Both the position numbers and the translations under genes were made by a program. Under the pieces are notes generated by a model. It saw nothing but the letters and a program-made list of their open reading frames with translations. It had not been told where the DNA came from and made no database searches. Positions 1-10,123 of a stretch of DNA of 64,000 bases are shown here, one piece after another (position 1 is the stretch's first letter; every line of letters begins with the position of its first letter). The stretch is from a virus (taxonomy: Duplodnaviria > Caudoviricetes). The stretch lies in IMG/VR virus record IMGVR_UViG_642918906_000001, positions 160,001 through 224,000 of that record; one strand, given 5' to 3'.

Positions 1-2
1 TC

Positions 3-476
3 TTACCAGATGGTCGAGTGACTATTTTGTATGAACGCCACGTCATGTTTAAACGTCTACGGGTTAATGGAATTAATCCTGAACCGTTTGCAGCAGCTAA
101 CCCTTCGATTGTCAACAAGAGTACAGGAGGTTATCTTGGTAAATCGGCAGAGTATACGCGTTTAGAGCAGGCTGAAAAGATTGATGAGGTTTCAGCATTA
201 GAGTCCTGTTCTTGGGGCGCTTATCAGATCATGGGCTATCACTGGAAGCTACTTGGCTTCGGTAGTGTTCATGACTTTTTAGCCAAGATGAAAGAATCTG
301 AGCGGGGTCAGTTAGAATGTTTTGTCAAATTCATTAAGGCCGACGCAGCGTTGCTTAAAAATCTGCGCGCTAAAGACTGGGCTAAATTCGCGGCTGGTTA
401 TAATGGACCTAATTATCGTCAGAACAATTATGACGTTAAGTTAGCCAGCGCGTATACAAAGTTCGGTGGAAAATAA
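3..476 (+). CDS. Endolysin, N-acetylmuramidase (DUF3380-type) catalytic domain; 5'-truncated by window edge
   Basis: Motifs ILYERH, SCSWGAYQIMGYH, FVKFI, KDWAKFAAGYNGP.Y..N.YD.KL; frame open to window start (LPDGRVTILYERH). Confidence 0.85.
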   Translation, partial: LPDGRVTILYERHVMFKRLRVNGINPEPFAAANPSIVNKSTGGYLGKSAEYTRLEQAEKIDEVSALESCSWGAYQIMGYHWKLLGFGSVHDFLAKMKESERGQLECFVKFIKADAALLKNLRAKDWAKFAAGYNGPNYRQNNYDVKLASAYTKFGGK

Positions 477-549
477 ATACCCAACACTATGAGTCTTATC
501 CAACTATAAGACAAAATAGTTGCCTACACTATTTCTGAAGGAATGTAAA

Positions 550-3500
550 ATGGCTGATCAAAAGAAAGCTGGTATGATTTCTGGCATGTCGCCTCTGGCG
601 GTACTGACCGGCGATGAGCTGATGGAAGTATCGTCCCGCCAGCCGGACGGTTCTTGGAAAACATTTTCTATTATCGTAAGTAAGATCCGTACCAATGCTG
701 GTCTGTCTGCTTATGAAGTTGCCGTAGTTAACGGTTTTGTGGGTACTCAAGCTGAATGGCTTGAATCCCTTAATGGTAAATCTGCTTATCAAGTAGCAGT
801 AGAACTTGGTTATGTCGGTACTGAGGCCGAATGGCTCGAGTCACTCGTAGGTAAATCGGCATACGAAGATGCCGTCGCCCAAGGTTACAATGGCACACTG
901 TCCGAATGGCTTAACAGTCTCAAAGGGCAGTCAGCGTACCAAATCGCAGTAGCTAATGGTTTTGTTGGCACAGAAGCGGCGTGGCTTGAATCCCTTAAAG
1001 GTCAGTCGGCCTATCAACTGGCTAAGATCATTGATCCAACCGTTGGTACTGAAGAAGAATGGCTAGCAACGCTGGTAGGTAAATCGGCTTATCAGGTCGC
1101 ACTGGACAATGGTTTTGTTGGCACTGAAGCCGCTTGGTTGAAATCCTTGGAAGGTAAATCTTCTTATCAGGTATGGTTATCCATTCCAGGTAACGAAGAC
1201 AAGACCGAAGTAGAGTTCATCGAGGCCATCACAGGCCAGCAAGGTGAAGATGGTAAATCGGCCTACGAAGTGTGGGTTGAGTTACCTGGCAATGCTGGTA
1301 AAACAGAAGCTGAGTTCTTCGAATCGCTTAAAGGCGAGGGGATGACTCAGGCTAAACTGCAAGAACTGCTGGATCTTGGTTATTACACCACCGAAGGTAA
1401 GTTCGTAGTTAAAGGTACCAACAGTGGTATCGTGTCTAACGCCGGTTACCTGAACTTCCTATTCCTGTTTGACAAGCGTCTGAACAACGTTGATTCTTCC
1501 GACCCAGACAAAGTACCGCAACGGTCTGTCGAAATGGGTCGTATGGAAGCAGAGGGTTACTCTTACTGGAAGAATAGCTCGGCACCATCGGACGAAGGTA
1601 CCCTTCCAGCAGTACCAAACTCCGAAGTTCGGCTGTATGACAACGGCCATTTCCAAATTGGTAGCCTGACTGAATACGTTGATTTCGGTGACGGTAGTAA
1701 AGTAACGGTAGTTACTCCAGCCGGTACTAATACCTACGATCTGGCTGAAGCCACTCAAGGTAGCGATGGTAAGTCGGCTTATCAAATCGCAGTAGATAAT
1801 GGATTCACTGGTACTGAAGCAGAATGGCTGCTCAGTCTCAAGGGTACCAACGGTACGAATGGCACCGACGGGACTGATGGACAATCGACATACCAATTAT
1901 GGGAATCCCAAGCTGGTAACCAAGGTAAGTCGGAAGCTGAGTTCCTAGCCTCCATTAAAGGTGAACCGGGCGAGTCAGCTTATCAGCAAGCAGTCGATGA
2001 GGGTTTTGTTGGTACGATTACCGAATGGTTGGCTAGTCTTAAAGGTGACGATGGCCAATCGGCCTATCAGCTTTGGGAAGCTCTCCCAGCCAATACCGGT
2101 AAATCCGAAGAAGAATTCCTTACCAGTCTTGAAGGCGAGTCAGCGTATCAGGTCTGGCTTGGCCAACCGGGTAATGCTGGTAAAACAGAAGTTGAATTTA
2201 TCGCATCCCTGAAAGGGGCTCGTGGTGAACAAGGTTTGTCAGCTTACCAGATTTGGATCAATGCTGGTAACACAGGTAGCGAAGCTGAGTATCTGGCTAG
2301 CCTGAAAGGTCGTGACGGTACTAATGGTACCAACGGCACGAATGGTGAAGACGGCGCAGGTCTCAATGTAGTGGCTACTGTTAGTCAAGAAGACTTCGAC
2401 CAGATCGTACAAGATGGTACCTCGGTACTTGGTGACGCCTATTTCGTAGGCGAGTTCATGTACGTGTTCAACGGTACCGACTGGGTTAAGTCTAACAGCT
2501 TGCAAGGTCCTACCGGTAAAGGTCTGAACTATCTGGGAGTGTGGCCTAACGGTCAGGCTCTGCCATTGGGTCCTACCTATAACGCTGGCGACACCTACAT
2601 GTGGCAAAACAACATGTGGACGCTGATGGAACAGCCTACCCGTGCGTGGGTTGCTACTGGTGTTCCTGGCCCCGCTGGTAAATCTGCCTATCAGGTCTGG
2701 TTGGAACAGCCTGGTAATGCTGGTAAGACTGAAGCGGAATACATTGCCAGTCTGAAAGGTGACAAGGGTGATGAAGGCGACGTCGGTCCAGATGGTCTCT
2801 CCGCTTACCAAGTATGGTTAGCTCTTCCGGGTAATGCTGGTAAGACTGAAGCGGAATACATTGCATCCCTCAAAGGTGCAAAAGGTGATCCTGCTGCGGC
2901 ATTCGAAATCGTTGATCAACTGACCAACGTATCTGAACTGCCTCGACCAGGTACTCCTGCCAATGCATACTACGTTGGTAAAGACCTGTACGTTTGGTTT
3001 GATTCGAAGTCGGACTACGAGAACCTCGGTTCCCTGGATGGCGCTTCCGCTTACCAAATCTGGCTTGAGAACGGCGGTGTTGGTACTGAAGCTGACTTCC
3101 TTGCTTCGCTGAAAGGTACAGATGGCACTAACGGTACGAACGGGACCAATGGTACAGATGGTAAGAACCTGCAAGTAAATGGTACTCAGGCTAACGAAGC
3201 GGCTATTAAAGCATTGCCTGATCCTGTTAGTCAGGATGCATGGGTTGCTGACGATACTGGTAATCTGTGGATCTACAACGGCACCGATTGGTTTGACGCT
3301 GGTCCATTCCGTGGTCCAAAAGGTGAAGACGGTACAGATGGTACCGACGGCACTAATGGTCAATCGACCTACGAATTGTGGGTAGAACAGCCAGGTAACG
3401 CAGGTAAAACAGAAGCTGAGTTCTTGGCTAGCCTGAAAGGCGCTGATGGTACCGACGGTACGAATGGTACTGATGGGCGTAACGTTACCGTGCTTGGTGG

Positions 3501-4992
3501 ATTGTCGTCACTAGGTTCTATCATTGCTCAACCAAATCCTGCTCAGCAGGATGCATGGACTGCAATGGATACTGGTCGTCTGTATATGTACATCGGTACT
3601 ACGTGGACTGACCTTGGTCAATTCCGAGGTAATCCTGGTGCCCAAGGCGAGCAGGGTGTTGCTGGTCAAGGTCTTGTGATCGTACAAGAAGTTGAGCTGC
3701 TTACTGACCTCCCAGCGGCTTCGACTCTTCGCCCAGGTGACGCAGTCTATGTACTGGAAGATCATAAACTGTATCAAGTGAACGATGCTGGTGTATATGG
3801 TCCCGGTATTCAGATCCAAGGCCCTCAAGGTGCGGATGGTGAAATGGGGCCTCAAGGTCCAGCGGGTACCTCCATTACCATCATGGGTTCGTTTGCTGAT
3901 CTTACAGCCCTGCAAGCCGCACACCCTACCGGTGTAGCCGGTGAAGGTTACCTGATCGGTGACGATCTGTACCTGTATGGTGTTAACCCAACTGGCGGTG
4001 CTACCGAGTGGTACAACGCAGGTCCTGTACGTGGTCCCCAAGGCCTTCAGGGTAACCCAGGCCCTCGTGGTCTGCGTGGCTTGATCGGTGAGACTGGTGA
4101 ACGTGGTTCGTTGTGGCTGGTACTGCCTGAAGGTACCGATACGCCAACACCTGAATATGGTCGGTCCGGTGACTGGGCAGTTAACTCGCAGTTCGACTCG
4201 TTCTACAAGGACGCTTCGACTGGCTGGGCACTGATCGGTCGTCTGGTTGCGGGTGACGTTAACTCACCTCTCCCAGGCCTCGGTAAAGTAGTTCGTGAGG
4301 GTACTGAGTGGGTACCGTTGCCAATCGATGAAGTAACTAGTCCTGTAGTAGGTACTCAATACGTACGTGTTGGTATCGCGGGCGGTAAAACTCAATGGGC
4401 TACACTGACGCTTCCATCAGCAGGTGTACCTGAAGTTCCAGCTAACACTACGGTCCCACAGGGTCGTACCTCTGCTGGATGGGTTGCCGTACTGGCTGCC
4501 CCAACAGGTCAAGTTGCAACTACCCGTTACGAATTGCTTAACGGTGTATTCGTAGCTTCGGCAGTTCAAGCAGCAGCGCCTAGCACTACCGATACAGCGC
4601 TGTGCTATTCGGTGACCTCGGCGGGCGTCGGTTCGTGGGTAACTCCAACGTTTAACCGCTACTCGCTGTTGCAGGATACTGCTGCCCGTAACGGTAACTT
4701 CACCCCAGACTTCTCAGTACAACAGACCTTCCGTATTAACGGTGGTACTGGCTCTAACCCGACTGCGGTGACTTTGCCTGCTGGCACTACTGCACGCACT
4801 ATGTTGGCAGTGTTTGTGGTACAAGGTAACACTAACAAGCTTTCGTTTGTTGCTGGTACCGGTAGCCCAACCATTGGATACAACAACGGTGTTGCAGCAG
4901 CTGACATCGAGTACGGTGCTACCCAGACTGTGATTACTGCATTCTGGAACGGCTTCGGCGGCTGGATCATCTCCAAGGGTCCTTCCTACTAA
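550..4992 (+). CDS. Tail fibre / virion protein with SAY..GTE.EWL.SLKG repeats, collagen-like Gly-X-Y runs and beta modules (phiKZ gp145/146-like position)
   Basis: 18 G(K/Q/E/L/A)S(A/T/S)Y repeats, GTNGTNG/GPQG runs, about 8 GDAY.V..LY.W modules; ATG at 550 preferred over TTG at 520. Confidence 0.8.
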   Translation: MADQKKAGMISGMSPLAVLTGDELMEVSSRQPDGSWKTFSIIVSKIRTNAGLSAYEVAVVNGFVGTQAEWLESLNGKSAYQVAVELGYVGTEAEWLESLVGKSAYEDAVAQGYNGTLSEWLNSLKGQSAYQIAVANGFVGTEAAWLESLKGQSAYQLAKIIDPTVGTEEEWLATLVGKSAYQVALDNGFVGTEAAWLKSLEGKSSYQVWLSIPGNEDKTEVEFIEAITGQQGEDGKSAYEVWVELPGNAGKTEAEFFESLKGEGMTQAKLQELLDLGYYTTEGKFVVKGTNSGIVSNAGYLNFLFLFDKRLNNVDSSDPDKVPQRSVEMGRMEAEGYSYWKNSSAPSDEGTLPAVPNSEVRLYDNGHFQIGSLTEYVDFGDGSKVTVVTPAGTNTYDLAEATQGSDGKSAYQIAVDNGFTGTEAEWLLSLKGTNGTNGTDGTDGQSTYQLWESQAGNQGKSEAEFLASIKGEPGESAYQQAVDEGFVGTITEWLASLKGDDGQSAYQLWEALPANTGKSEEEFLTSLEGESAYQVWLGQPGNAGKTEVEFIASLKGARGEQGLSAYQIWINAGNTGSEAEYLASLKGRDGTNGTNGTNGEDGAGLNVVATVSQEDFDQIVQDGTSVLGDAYFVGEFMYVFNGTDWVKSNSLQGPTGKGLNYLGVWPNGQALPLGPTYNAGDTYMWQNNMWTLMEQPTRAWVATGVPGPAGKSAYQVWLEQPGNAGKTEAEYIASLKGDKGDEGDVGPDGLSAYQVWLALPGNAGKTEAEYIASLKGAKGDPAAAFEIVDQLTNVSELPRPGTPANAYYVGKDLYVWFDSKSDYENLGSLDGASAYQIWLENGGVGTEADFLASLKGTDGTNGTNGTNGTDGKNLQVNGTQANEAAIKALPDPVSQDAWVADDTGNLWIYNGTDWFDAGPFRGPKGEDGTDGTDGTNGQSTYELWVEQPGNAGKTEAEFLASLKGADGTDGTNGTDGRNVTVLGGLSSLGSIIAQPNPAQQDAWTAMDTGRLYMYIGTTWTDLGQFRGNPGAQGEQGVAGQGLVIVQEVELLTDLPAASTLRPGDAVYVLEDHKLYQVNDAGVYGPGIQIQGPQGADGEMGPQGPAGTSITIMGSFADLTALQAAHPTGVAGEGYLIGDDLYLYGVNPTGGATEWYNAGPVRGPQGLQGNPGPRGLRGLIGETGERGSLWLVLPEGTDTPTPEYGRSGDWAVNSQFDSFYKDASTGWALIGRLVAGDVNSPLPGLGKVVREGTEWVPLPIDEVTSPVVGTQYVRVGIAGGKTQWATLTLPSAGVPEVPANTTVPQGRTSAGWVAVLAAPTGQVATTRYELLNGVFVASAVQAAAPSTTDTALCYSVTSAGVGSWVTPTFNRYSLLQDTAARNGNFTPDFSVQQTFRINGGTGSNPTAVTLPAGTTARTMLAVFVVQGNTNKLSFVAGTGSPTIGYNNGVAAADIEYGATQTVITAFWNGFGGWIISKGPSY
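2713..2864 (+). repeat. Exact 35-bp direct repeat within the tail fibre gene (2713-2747 and 2830-2864)
   Basis: GGTAATGCTGGTAAGACTGAAGCGGAATACATTGC occurs twice. Confidence 0.9.
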
Positions 4993-4997
4993 GACGA

Positions 4998-5029
4998 CAT
5001 AAAGCCCCTCCTCACGGAGGGGCTTTATG
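4998..5029. terminator. Bidirectional hairpin between convergent genes
   Basis: CATAAAGCCCCTCC-TCAC-GGAGGGGCTTTATG perfect stem. Confidence 0.8.
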
Positions 5030-5032
5030 CTG

Positions 5033-5758
5033 TTACTTACCATGAACGCTCATCACACTGAAGTATTTAGAGTCGATGAACTCAAAGTCCATGTGTAAGA
5101 GATTCAACATACGGAATGCATTCAGTGATGCCTGCTTCTGGTCAATTGGCGTTTCACTTACGTCCTGCTCAAAGATCTTTGGAGCGATAAAGTTAAAGCA
5201 GTTAAGTTTAACTTTCTCTAACTCAGGTTTATGCATTTTAATCCATTCAGGAAATTCATACATAACACAAGCGGCAAAGTTTTCATTCATTAACTGTGGA
5301 GTCAATTCAGTCATTGGGATACTAACCAACTCAATAGTCAGGGAATCACCGTACAGCTGATGGAATATATCTTCAAGCCAGTCAAGTTCAGTTGAGTTCA
5401 GAACGTATGGCCAGTAGTTAACAGTCATACCCACCGACGTCAAAGGATCAGCCATTTGATTTAAACGGTTGATATGATCGTCAGTTAACAACCTAAGGAT
5501 GAATGGAACAATCCCCGTACGGATAGACCCAGCTAGCGTGGCTTGTGTATTATCGCCGCCACGCTGAGCGTAGGCTTGGGCAAACTCCTCGTTGCTAATG
5601 AGTCCACCACTTAGTCTATCCCAGAAATCATTTTCACGAAGCCAGTATTCTTTATTATTGATAATGGCTTCAGCAGCAGCTGGGTTAATACGGTTGATTG
5701 TACCCAGTCGTGTGTCTAGATGAATGTCTAGTGGAGTAAGGATACGTTTTAATTGCAT
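5033..5758 (-). CDS. Hypothetical protein (phiKZ gp147-like position)
   Basis: 241-aa ORF in the operon downstream of the RNAP beta C-terminal subunit. Confidence 0.7.
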   Translation of the reverse strand: MQLKRILTPLDIHLDTRLGTINRINPAAAEAIINNKEYWLRENDFWDRLSGGLISNEEFAQAYAQRGGDNTQATLAGSIRTGIVPFILRLLTDDHINRLNQMADPLTSVGMTVNYWPYVLNSTELDWLEDIFHQLYGDSLTIELVSIPMTELTPQLMNENFAACVMYEFPEWIKMHKPELEKVKLNCFNFIAPKIFEQDVSETPIDQKQASLNAFRMLNLLHMDFEFIDSKYFSVMSVHGK

Positions 5759-5760
5759 GA

Positions 5761-6222
5761 TTAACTCTTTTGAGCGTATTCTAAAGTAGTCTCTAATACA
5801 ACTCGCATGTTAGTAGTTGCATACACTACAAAGAACAACCAGTAGTTATCTTTAAGGATCTCGACCAAGTCATGATGTTCAACAGCTTTACCAATTGTTT
5901 CATCATCAACGATCATACTCTTACTGGTGAACGGGATTAATCGTGGTACCATTTGTTCAATGACTTCATCGATGTTATCCACACCCTGCAAGAAGGTAGC
6001 CGTAGTACTGATCAAGGTCTGTTGCATTGAGGTAGGTTTGCGGAACTTTTCCCAAACATACTTTTCAACGTATTTAGAATCCATCATTAGCAAATTGAGA
6101 TCTGAACGGATACCATTCAAGATCTCAATAAACCCAGCACTGTGTGCACTGTCTTCACTTAAGAACAATTCATGGATGGACTCAGTTAACGCAGTACGCA
6201 TTTGTTGATTAGCTTCGTGCAT
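5761..6222 (-). CDS. Hypothetical protein (gp148-like position)
   Basis: Start MHEAN at 6222, 1 nt after the upstream stop; the longer track start overlaps the upstream gene. Confidence 0.7.
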   Translation of the reverse strand: MHEANQQMRTALTESIHELFLSEDSAHSAGFIEILNGIRSDLNLLMMDSKYVEKYVWEKFRKPTSMQQTLISTTATFLQGVDNIDEVIEQMVPRLIPFTSKSMIVDDETIGKAVEHHDLVEILKDNYWLFFVVYATTNMRVVLETTLEYAQKS

Positions 6223-6223
6223 A

Positions 6224-6898
6224 TTAAACCAAGTTGTTAGCAAGATGCTGAGCCTTGAGGTAAACCGAAAGAGTCTTGTTAGACTTAACAGTTGAGTCGA
6301 ACTCAGACATAATGGAGTTAATGGAAGCCTCACCAGTTTCGATAATAGATCGGTTCATAGCAAGGTATGCTTGTTCGTCACCACCACGACATTTGATCAA
6401 TTCACGGATCATACTGTGCAGGCCTTTAGAGGCGTTAACCTGAAGCTCAGGAGCGGACAACCTAGCGCCTTTAGAGTCACCGGTAGGCTGACCTGTACGT
6501 TGATCGACAACGTGGTTAGAAGAAGGGATAGAGGCCTTCTTAACGAGCATCTGAACTTGCCTACGGAAAGGTACGATGCCAACCATGTGCTTGTTGGCCG
6601 TTTTATAGACCTGACCAGTTTGTTGGTCCGTTAGGATCAGATGTTGGAACAGTTCAAACTCTAGTTCATCAGCGATATCGTAGATACGCTTCATCTGTAG
6701 AGTTTGTTCCTGTAGGTTCGGTGCGTAAAGAGCCATGATCTCGACATCTGTTTCCAGATTCGCAATCCACTGCTCGAAGTCTTTATCTGACATTCGAGCA
6801 AACAGTTCTTCATAGACCTTCACGTTATCTGAACCGGGAAGGAATTTGTCAATAAAATACAAGGCTTCTTTTTCAGCCTTCTTACGATCGATAGCCAT
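6224..6898 (-). CDS. Virion RNA polymerase beta subunit, C-terminal fragment (phiKZ gp149-like)
   Basis: RRQVQMLVKK...VDQRTGQPTGDSKGARLSAPELQV aligns with RpoB C-terminal KL.H.V.DK...VTQQPLGG..GGQRFGEME. Confidence 0.85.
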   Translation of the reverse strand: MAIDRKKAEKEALYFIDKFLPGSDNVKVYEELFARMSDKDFEQWIANLETDVEIMALYAPNLQEQTLQMKRIYDIADELEFELFQHLILTDQQTGQVYKTANKHMVGIVPFRRQVQMLVKKASIPSSNHVVDQRTGQPTGDSKGARLSAPELQVNASKGLHSMIRELIKCRGGDEQAYLAMNRSIIETGEASINSIMSEFDSTVKSNKTLSVYLKAQHLANNLV

Positions 6899-6918
6899 GG
6901 TTAGCTCCAGTTAAAGAA

Positions 6919-7245
6919 TCATAGGATAGAATCCTTAGACTGACACTTGTACATTGGAGCTGCGGCGGTATCGGTACATGCAGGCAGTCTACGCTTACTC
7001 AGGTAAGGTAGTACATTAGCAGTGAAACTACCGATCCACTGCTCAAAAGAATCTGTTTCCAAAAGCGACGCTCGCAATTGAATTGTATCAGCACTGTATT
7101 GCGCCAGTACACCATGAAAGAAATTGTTCAGGGCAGCAATACTATCACAAGAACCCATCCGACGATAAATGTCTTCAGATAGTTCAACGTCACGACCACG
7201 CAAGGCAGTGACAACTAATTGTTTGTAATCGGGTTGAGTTGACAT
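6919..7245 (-). CDS. Hypothetical protein
   Basis: 108-aa ORF tightly packed in the minus-strand operon. Confidence 0.65.
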   Translation of the reverse strand: MSTQPDYKQLVVTALRGRDVELSEDIYRRMGSCDSIAALNNFFHGVLAQYSADTIQLRASLLETDSFEQWIGSFTANVLPYLSKRRLPACTDTAAAPMYKCQSKDSIL

Positions 7246-7251
7246 ATAAAC

Positions 7252-7599
7252 CTACTTTATTTCACCACGGTAGATGCACTCCGTGTGTTTATCTAAAAAC
7301 TTGACTAATAAATGTCGGTGACAGAACTTGCCTGGACGGCAGTAACACCCGACTGCTAAAACTTCTACATTAAATAGCTCACTGAAGTATTCTGGAAATT
7401 CAATGAGCCGGTCCTCTAGTAACTGGTTGTAGCCCTTCGTGTAATCGGCTTCAGATAAACCGTTGTACTTATAGGCTGCCAAAAGAGTCCACGTGGGAGC
7501 TAACATCCAATCACCTGACTTAATACTGGTGTCCATGTAGGGCACACCTAAGTCCATAACCTTCCGAACATTTGACAGCTGATAAGTATAAACTTCCAT
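7252..7599 (-). CDS. DUF488-like protein
   Basis: LAPTW..L..YK, Y..GY, and CYC....FCHRHLL motifs. Confidence 0.65.
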   Translation of the reverse strand: MEVYTYQLSNVRKVMDLGVPYMDTSIKSGDWMLAPTWTLLAAYKYNGLSEADYTKGYNQLLEDRLIEFPEYFSELFNVEVLAVGCYCRPGKFCHRHLLVKFLDKHTECIYRGEIK

Positions 7600-7607
7600 T
7601 AGCTCAC

Positions 7608-8501
7608 TCAGTCATCTGGACATTCACATTTAAGAGCGCCACCATTTTGGTAGACTGTACGGGTATCGCAAGTACCACACAACCAAGACTTACCGCCCAT
7701 ACGTGCAGCCATTTCTTTGGCTACTGCACCAGCAACGTTAGCCAGGTCCTCATCGTCCATGTATTCCAGTTCGTCTAGATGGGTATTACGACAAATTGGA
7801 CGGAGATCACCATCACGAATACCATTGAAAACTACACGTGGTGGACGGTTCATCCAGTTAGGATCATAAGGAGTCGGCCGACCATCAGTAGTAAGAGCTA
7901 GCTCGCCTTTCTTAAAGAGGTGCTGACTACCGCTACCCAACTTGATGTCAAATACAGCTGAATCATGCTGATACCTTTTCCAATTAGGATCGTCCTGATA
8001 GATGCGCTCACCCGCTTCGGTCAGGATAGGGTCACCGACTTGGTGCAAAACCACCAATCTTAGATAAGGATGATTCTCCGGGTTTTGTTCGACGAGAAGA
8101 TTACCCGCTTCATCTCTTTTGTACACCGGGTGGGTATAGACTTCATACTTGCGTTCTTTTGGAGTATCGATGTGCGTTTCATTACCTTGACCGTCAATTA
8201 CAATCGCCATTTCTTTTTCCTTGATCGGAATTGCTTTATTAGCATAGTTAAGTTTAAGTTCGCCTTGACGACGGCGAAGTTTTCGCTTTAATCCAAAAAG
8301 ACTAACGTCGTAAACATCTTCGTGATAACGTTCGTGTTTAGTAGAGCGCCAAGGAACCTTCTTGCCATTAGTATCGATTACAGCATCACCGACTTTAACG
8401 CCATGTGGACCCCAAAGATCTTTTGTATGGTATTCAAACTCTCGCCGAGGTACCTCGATAAGACCGCCGGCTCCTAACTCAAGTATCATAAACCGTTCCA
8501 A
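7608..8501 (-). CDS. Hypothetical protein with short internal repeats and C-terminal CxxC...CxC
   Basis: 297-aa ORF; KVGDAVIDTNG / QVGDPILTEAG / KKGELALTTDG; CGTC...CECP. Confidence 0.65.
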   Translation of the reverse strand: MERFMILELGAGGLIEVPRREFEYHTKDLWGPHGVKVGDAVIDTNGKKVPWRSTKHERYHEDVYDVSLFGLKRKLRRRQGELKLNYANKAIPIKEKEMAIVIDGQGNETHIDTPKERKYEVYTHPVYKRDEAGNLLVEQNPENHPYLRLVVLHQVGDPILTEAGERIYQDDPNWKRYQHDSAVFDIKLGSGSQHLFKKGELALTTDGRPTPYDPNWMNRPPRVVFNGIRDGDLRPICRNTHLDELEYMDDEDLANVAGAVAKEMAARMGGKSWLCGTCDTRTVYQNGGALKCECPDD

Positions 8502-8539
8502 TGTAAGTTGTAATAGACCCGCGCCGAAGCGCGGATCGT

Positions 8540-10003
8540 TTATGCCGCCTTAGCGAGCGCTCGTGGGGTGATAGCCGCTTGTTCAGCGTCAGACATCCAG
8601 TAAGGTTTGTAAAGGCCCTTACGCATCCGCAGGAGGTCGTACGTGGACAGGAACTTCTTCTCATTAAGATGTTCGTCTTCTTCGCACATCCAATACCCAC
8701 GAGTCTTATTGAGAATCACATCCCAATCATAACCCATGGCTTTGAGGTCTTCGTAAAGAGCTTTAGGTGTGCAAACTTCTTCAGGGTTATCGGTAGGACC
8801 ATTAGCCCCTTCCAGAACCCAGCGTTGGAATACGATCAACTGAAGCATTTCAGATTGAATCTCCGCTGCACGTTGCAGACTACGCGATTCTTCCAGTTTC
8901 TTACGGACAGTAGTTCGAGACAGCTTGACGTCAGGACAAAGTTCAAGGTAGTAGTTCATCAGGTTACCACCAATCCCCCAGTCGGCTTCTTTACAGTAGT
9001 CGAATTCAGACAGGGATGGTTTAATACCTTCAGACTGTGCAACAAGAATGTTGAATGGTAGATCCGAGATACCATTCTTACCACGCAGGTTCTTAACTTC
9101 CAAGCAACGTAGGTCAGAGTCACCTTGGATCGCCGTAGAGTTATCCAATGGATACTGAGGCATCTTGTCTTTGTTCAACAGTGGTTTGTTGGACAGGATT
9201 TCCCAAACGTTGTTAGGTAGCGAATAGAAGCCGTTAGACACACCTGCAATGGTAGTACCTTTCTTCTGACCAGACAACTTACGTTTGTCAGCAGCGTAGG
9301 GGTCCATCTCGATCACGTCAGCAACGTGAGCTGTCAGCAGCATGTAGGTGTTAGACTTAGCACACAACTGAGGTAGTTGACCAAACAACTGAGCCTTAGC
9401 TTTACCGTTAGCCATGGCGTCCATGTTCAAGCCGCTGCTACCGATAGCATTCTTCTCATACATCGTTGCTACAGCACTAACTTGGAACTTGGAGAACGAG
9501 TCGATGAACCCTACGGTTGGGTACAGGAACTTCTTAGAGTTACCATTGATATCCAAGAATGGACTAGTGCGAAGATAGGTCTTAGATTCTTTCTCTTTTA
9601 CACTCAGTGCATCACGGAACTGTTTGAAGAAATCATCACCAGTGTAACGAGACAAGTCGGTGAAGGTAAACTGTTCGTCATTGACCCAGTCGATATCACG
9701 GAGCTCATCATAGTACTCGCCAATAGTAGACAAGCGACTATGGGGTGTCAATGTACCTTCTGTATCGTAGGTCAGCGCATAGCTGCCTGGAAAGGCACGA
9801 CGGACCATTGCAAGCATGTACATGCAGATGGCCGATTTAAAGTTGTTAGGGCGAGAGCTTACCCCCGTCAGAGATCCAAGACCTCCGTTGAGAATCATCT
9901 CACCGTGTTTACCCTGTTCATACTTACCTGTTGGGATATCCATCAGGCAGCCAATGTTAATAGCTGGCCGGAACGCGGGCTTTTCAAAATGGTTTGCAAA
10001 CAT
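8540..10003 (-). CDS. uvsX: UvsX/RecA-like recombinase (phiKZ gp152-like)
   Basis: LNGG, P-loop-like RPNNFKS, YDTE, Walker B GFIDSFS, LTAHV, RGK.G. Confidence 0.85.
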   Translation of the reverse strand: MFANHFEKPAFRPAINIGCLMDIPTGKYEQGKHGEMILNGGLGSLTGVSSRPNNFKSAICMYMLAMVRRAFPGSYALTYDTEGTLTPHSRLSTIGEYYDELRDIDWVNDEQFTFTDLSRYTGDDFFKQFRDALSVKEKESKTYLRTSPFLDINGNSKKFLYPTVGFIDSFSKFQVSAVATMYEKNAIGSSGLNMDAMANGKAKAQLFGQLPQLCAKSNTYMLLTAHVADVIEMDPYAADKRKLSGQKKGTTIAGVSNGFYSLPNNVWEILSNKPLLNKDKMPQYPLDNSTAIQGDSDLRCLEVKNLRGKNGISDLPFNILVAQSEGIKPSLSEFDYCKEADWGIGGNLMNYYLELCPDVKLSRTTVRKKLEESRSLQRAAEIQSEMLQLIVFQRWVLEGANGPTDNPEEVCTPKALYEDLKAMGYDWDVILNKTRGYWMCEEDEHLNEKKFLSTYDLLRMRKGLYKPYWMSDAEQAAITPRALAKAA

Positions 10004-10123
10004 TTTTGAGTTTTCCTTTAAGAGTGTTAACTACATAAAGTATCAACTACGGTAATTTAATCCGCTTATTTTATGTTAACAGTGTCGCGACTGTGTTTAA
10101 TAATTTTTATAAGGTACCTTAAA

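Noticed and set aside
700-3480. CRISPR-like or DGR-like periodic repeats
   Set aside because: Repeats are in-frame protein repeats with synonymous variation; no spacers, cas genes, reverse transcriptase or adenine-specific variation
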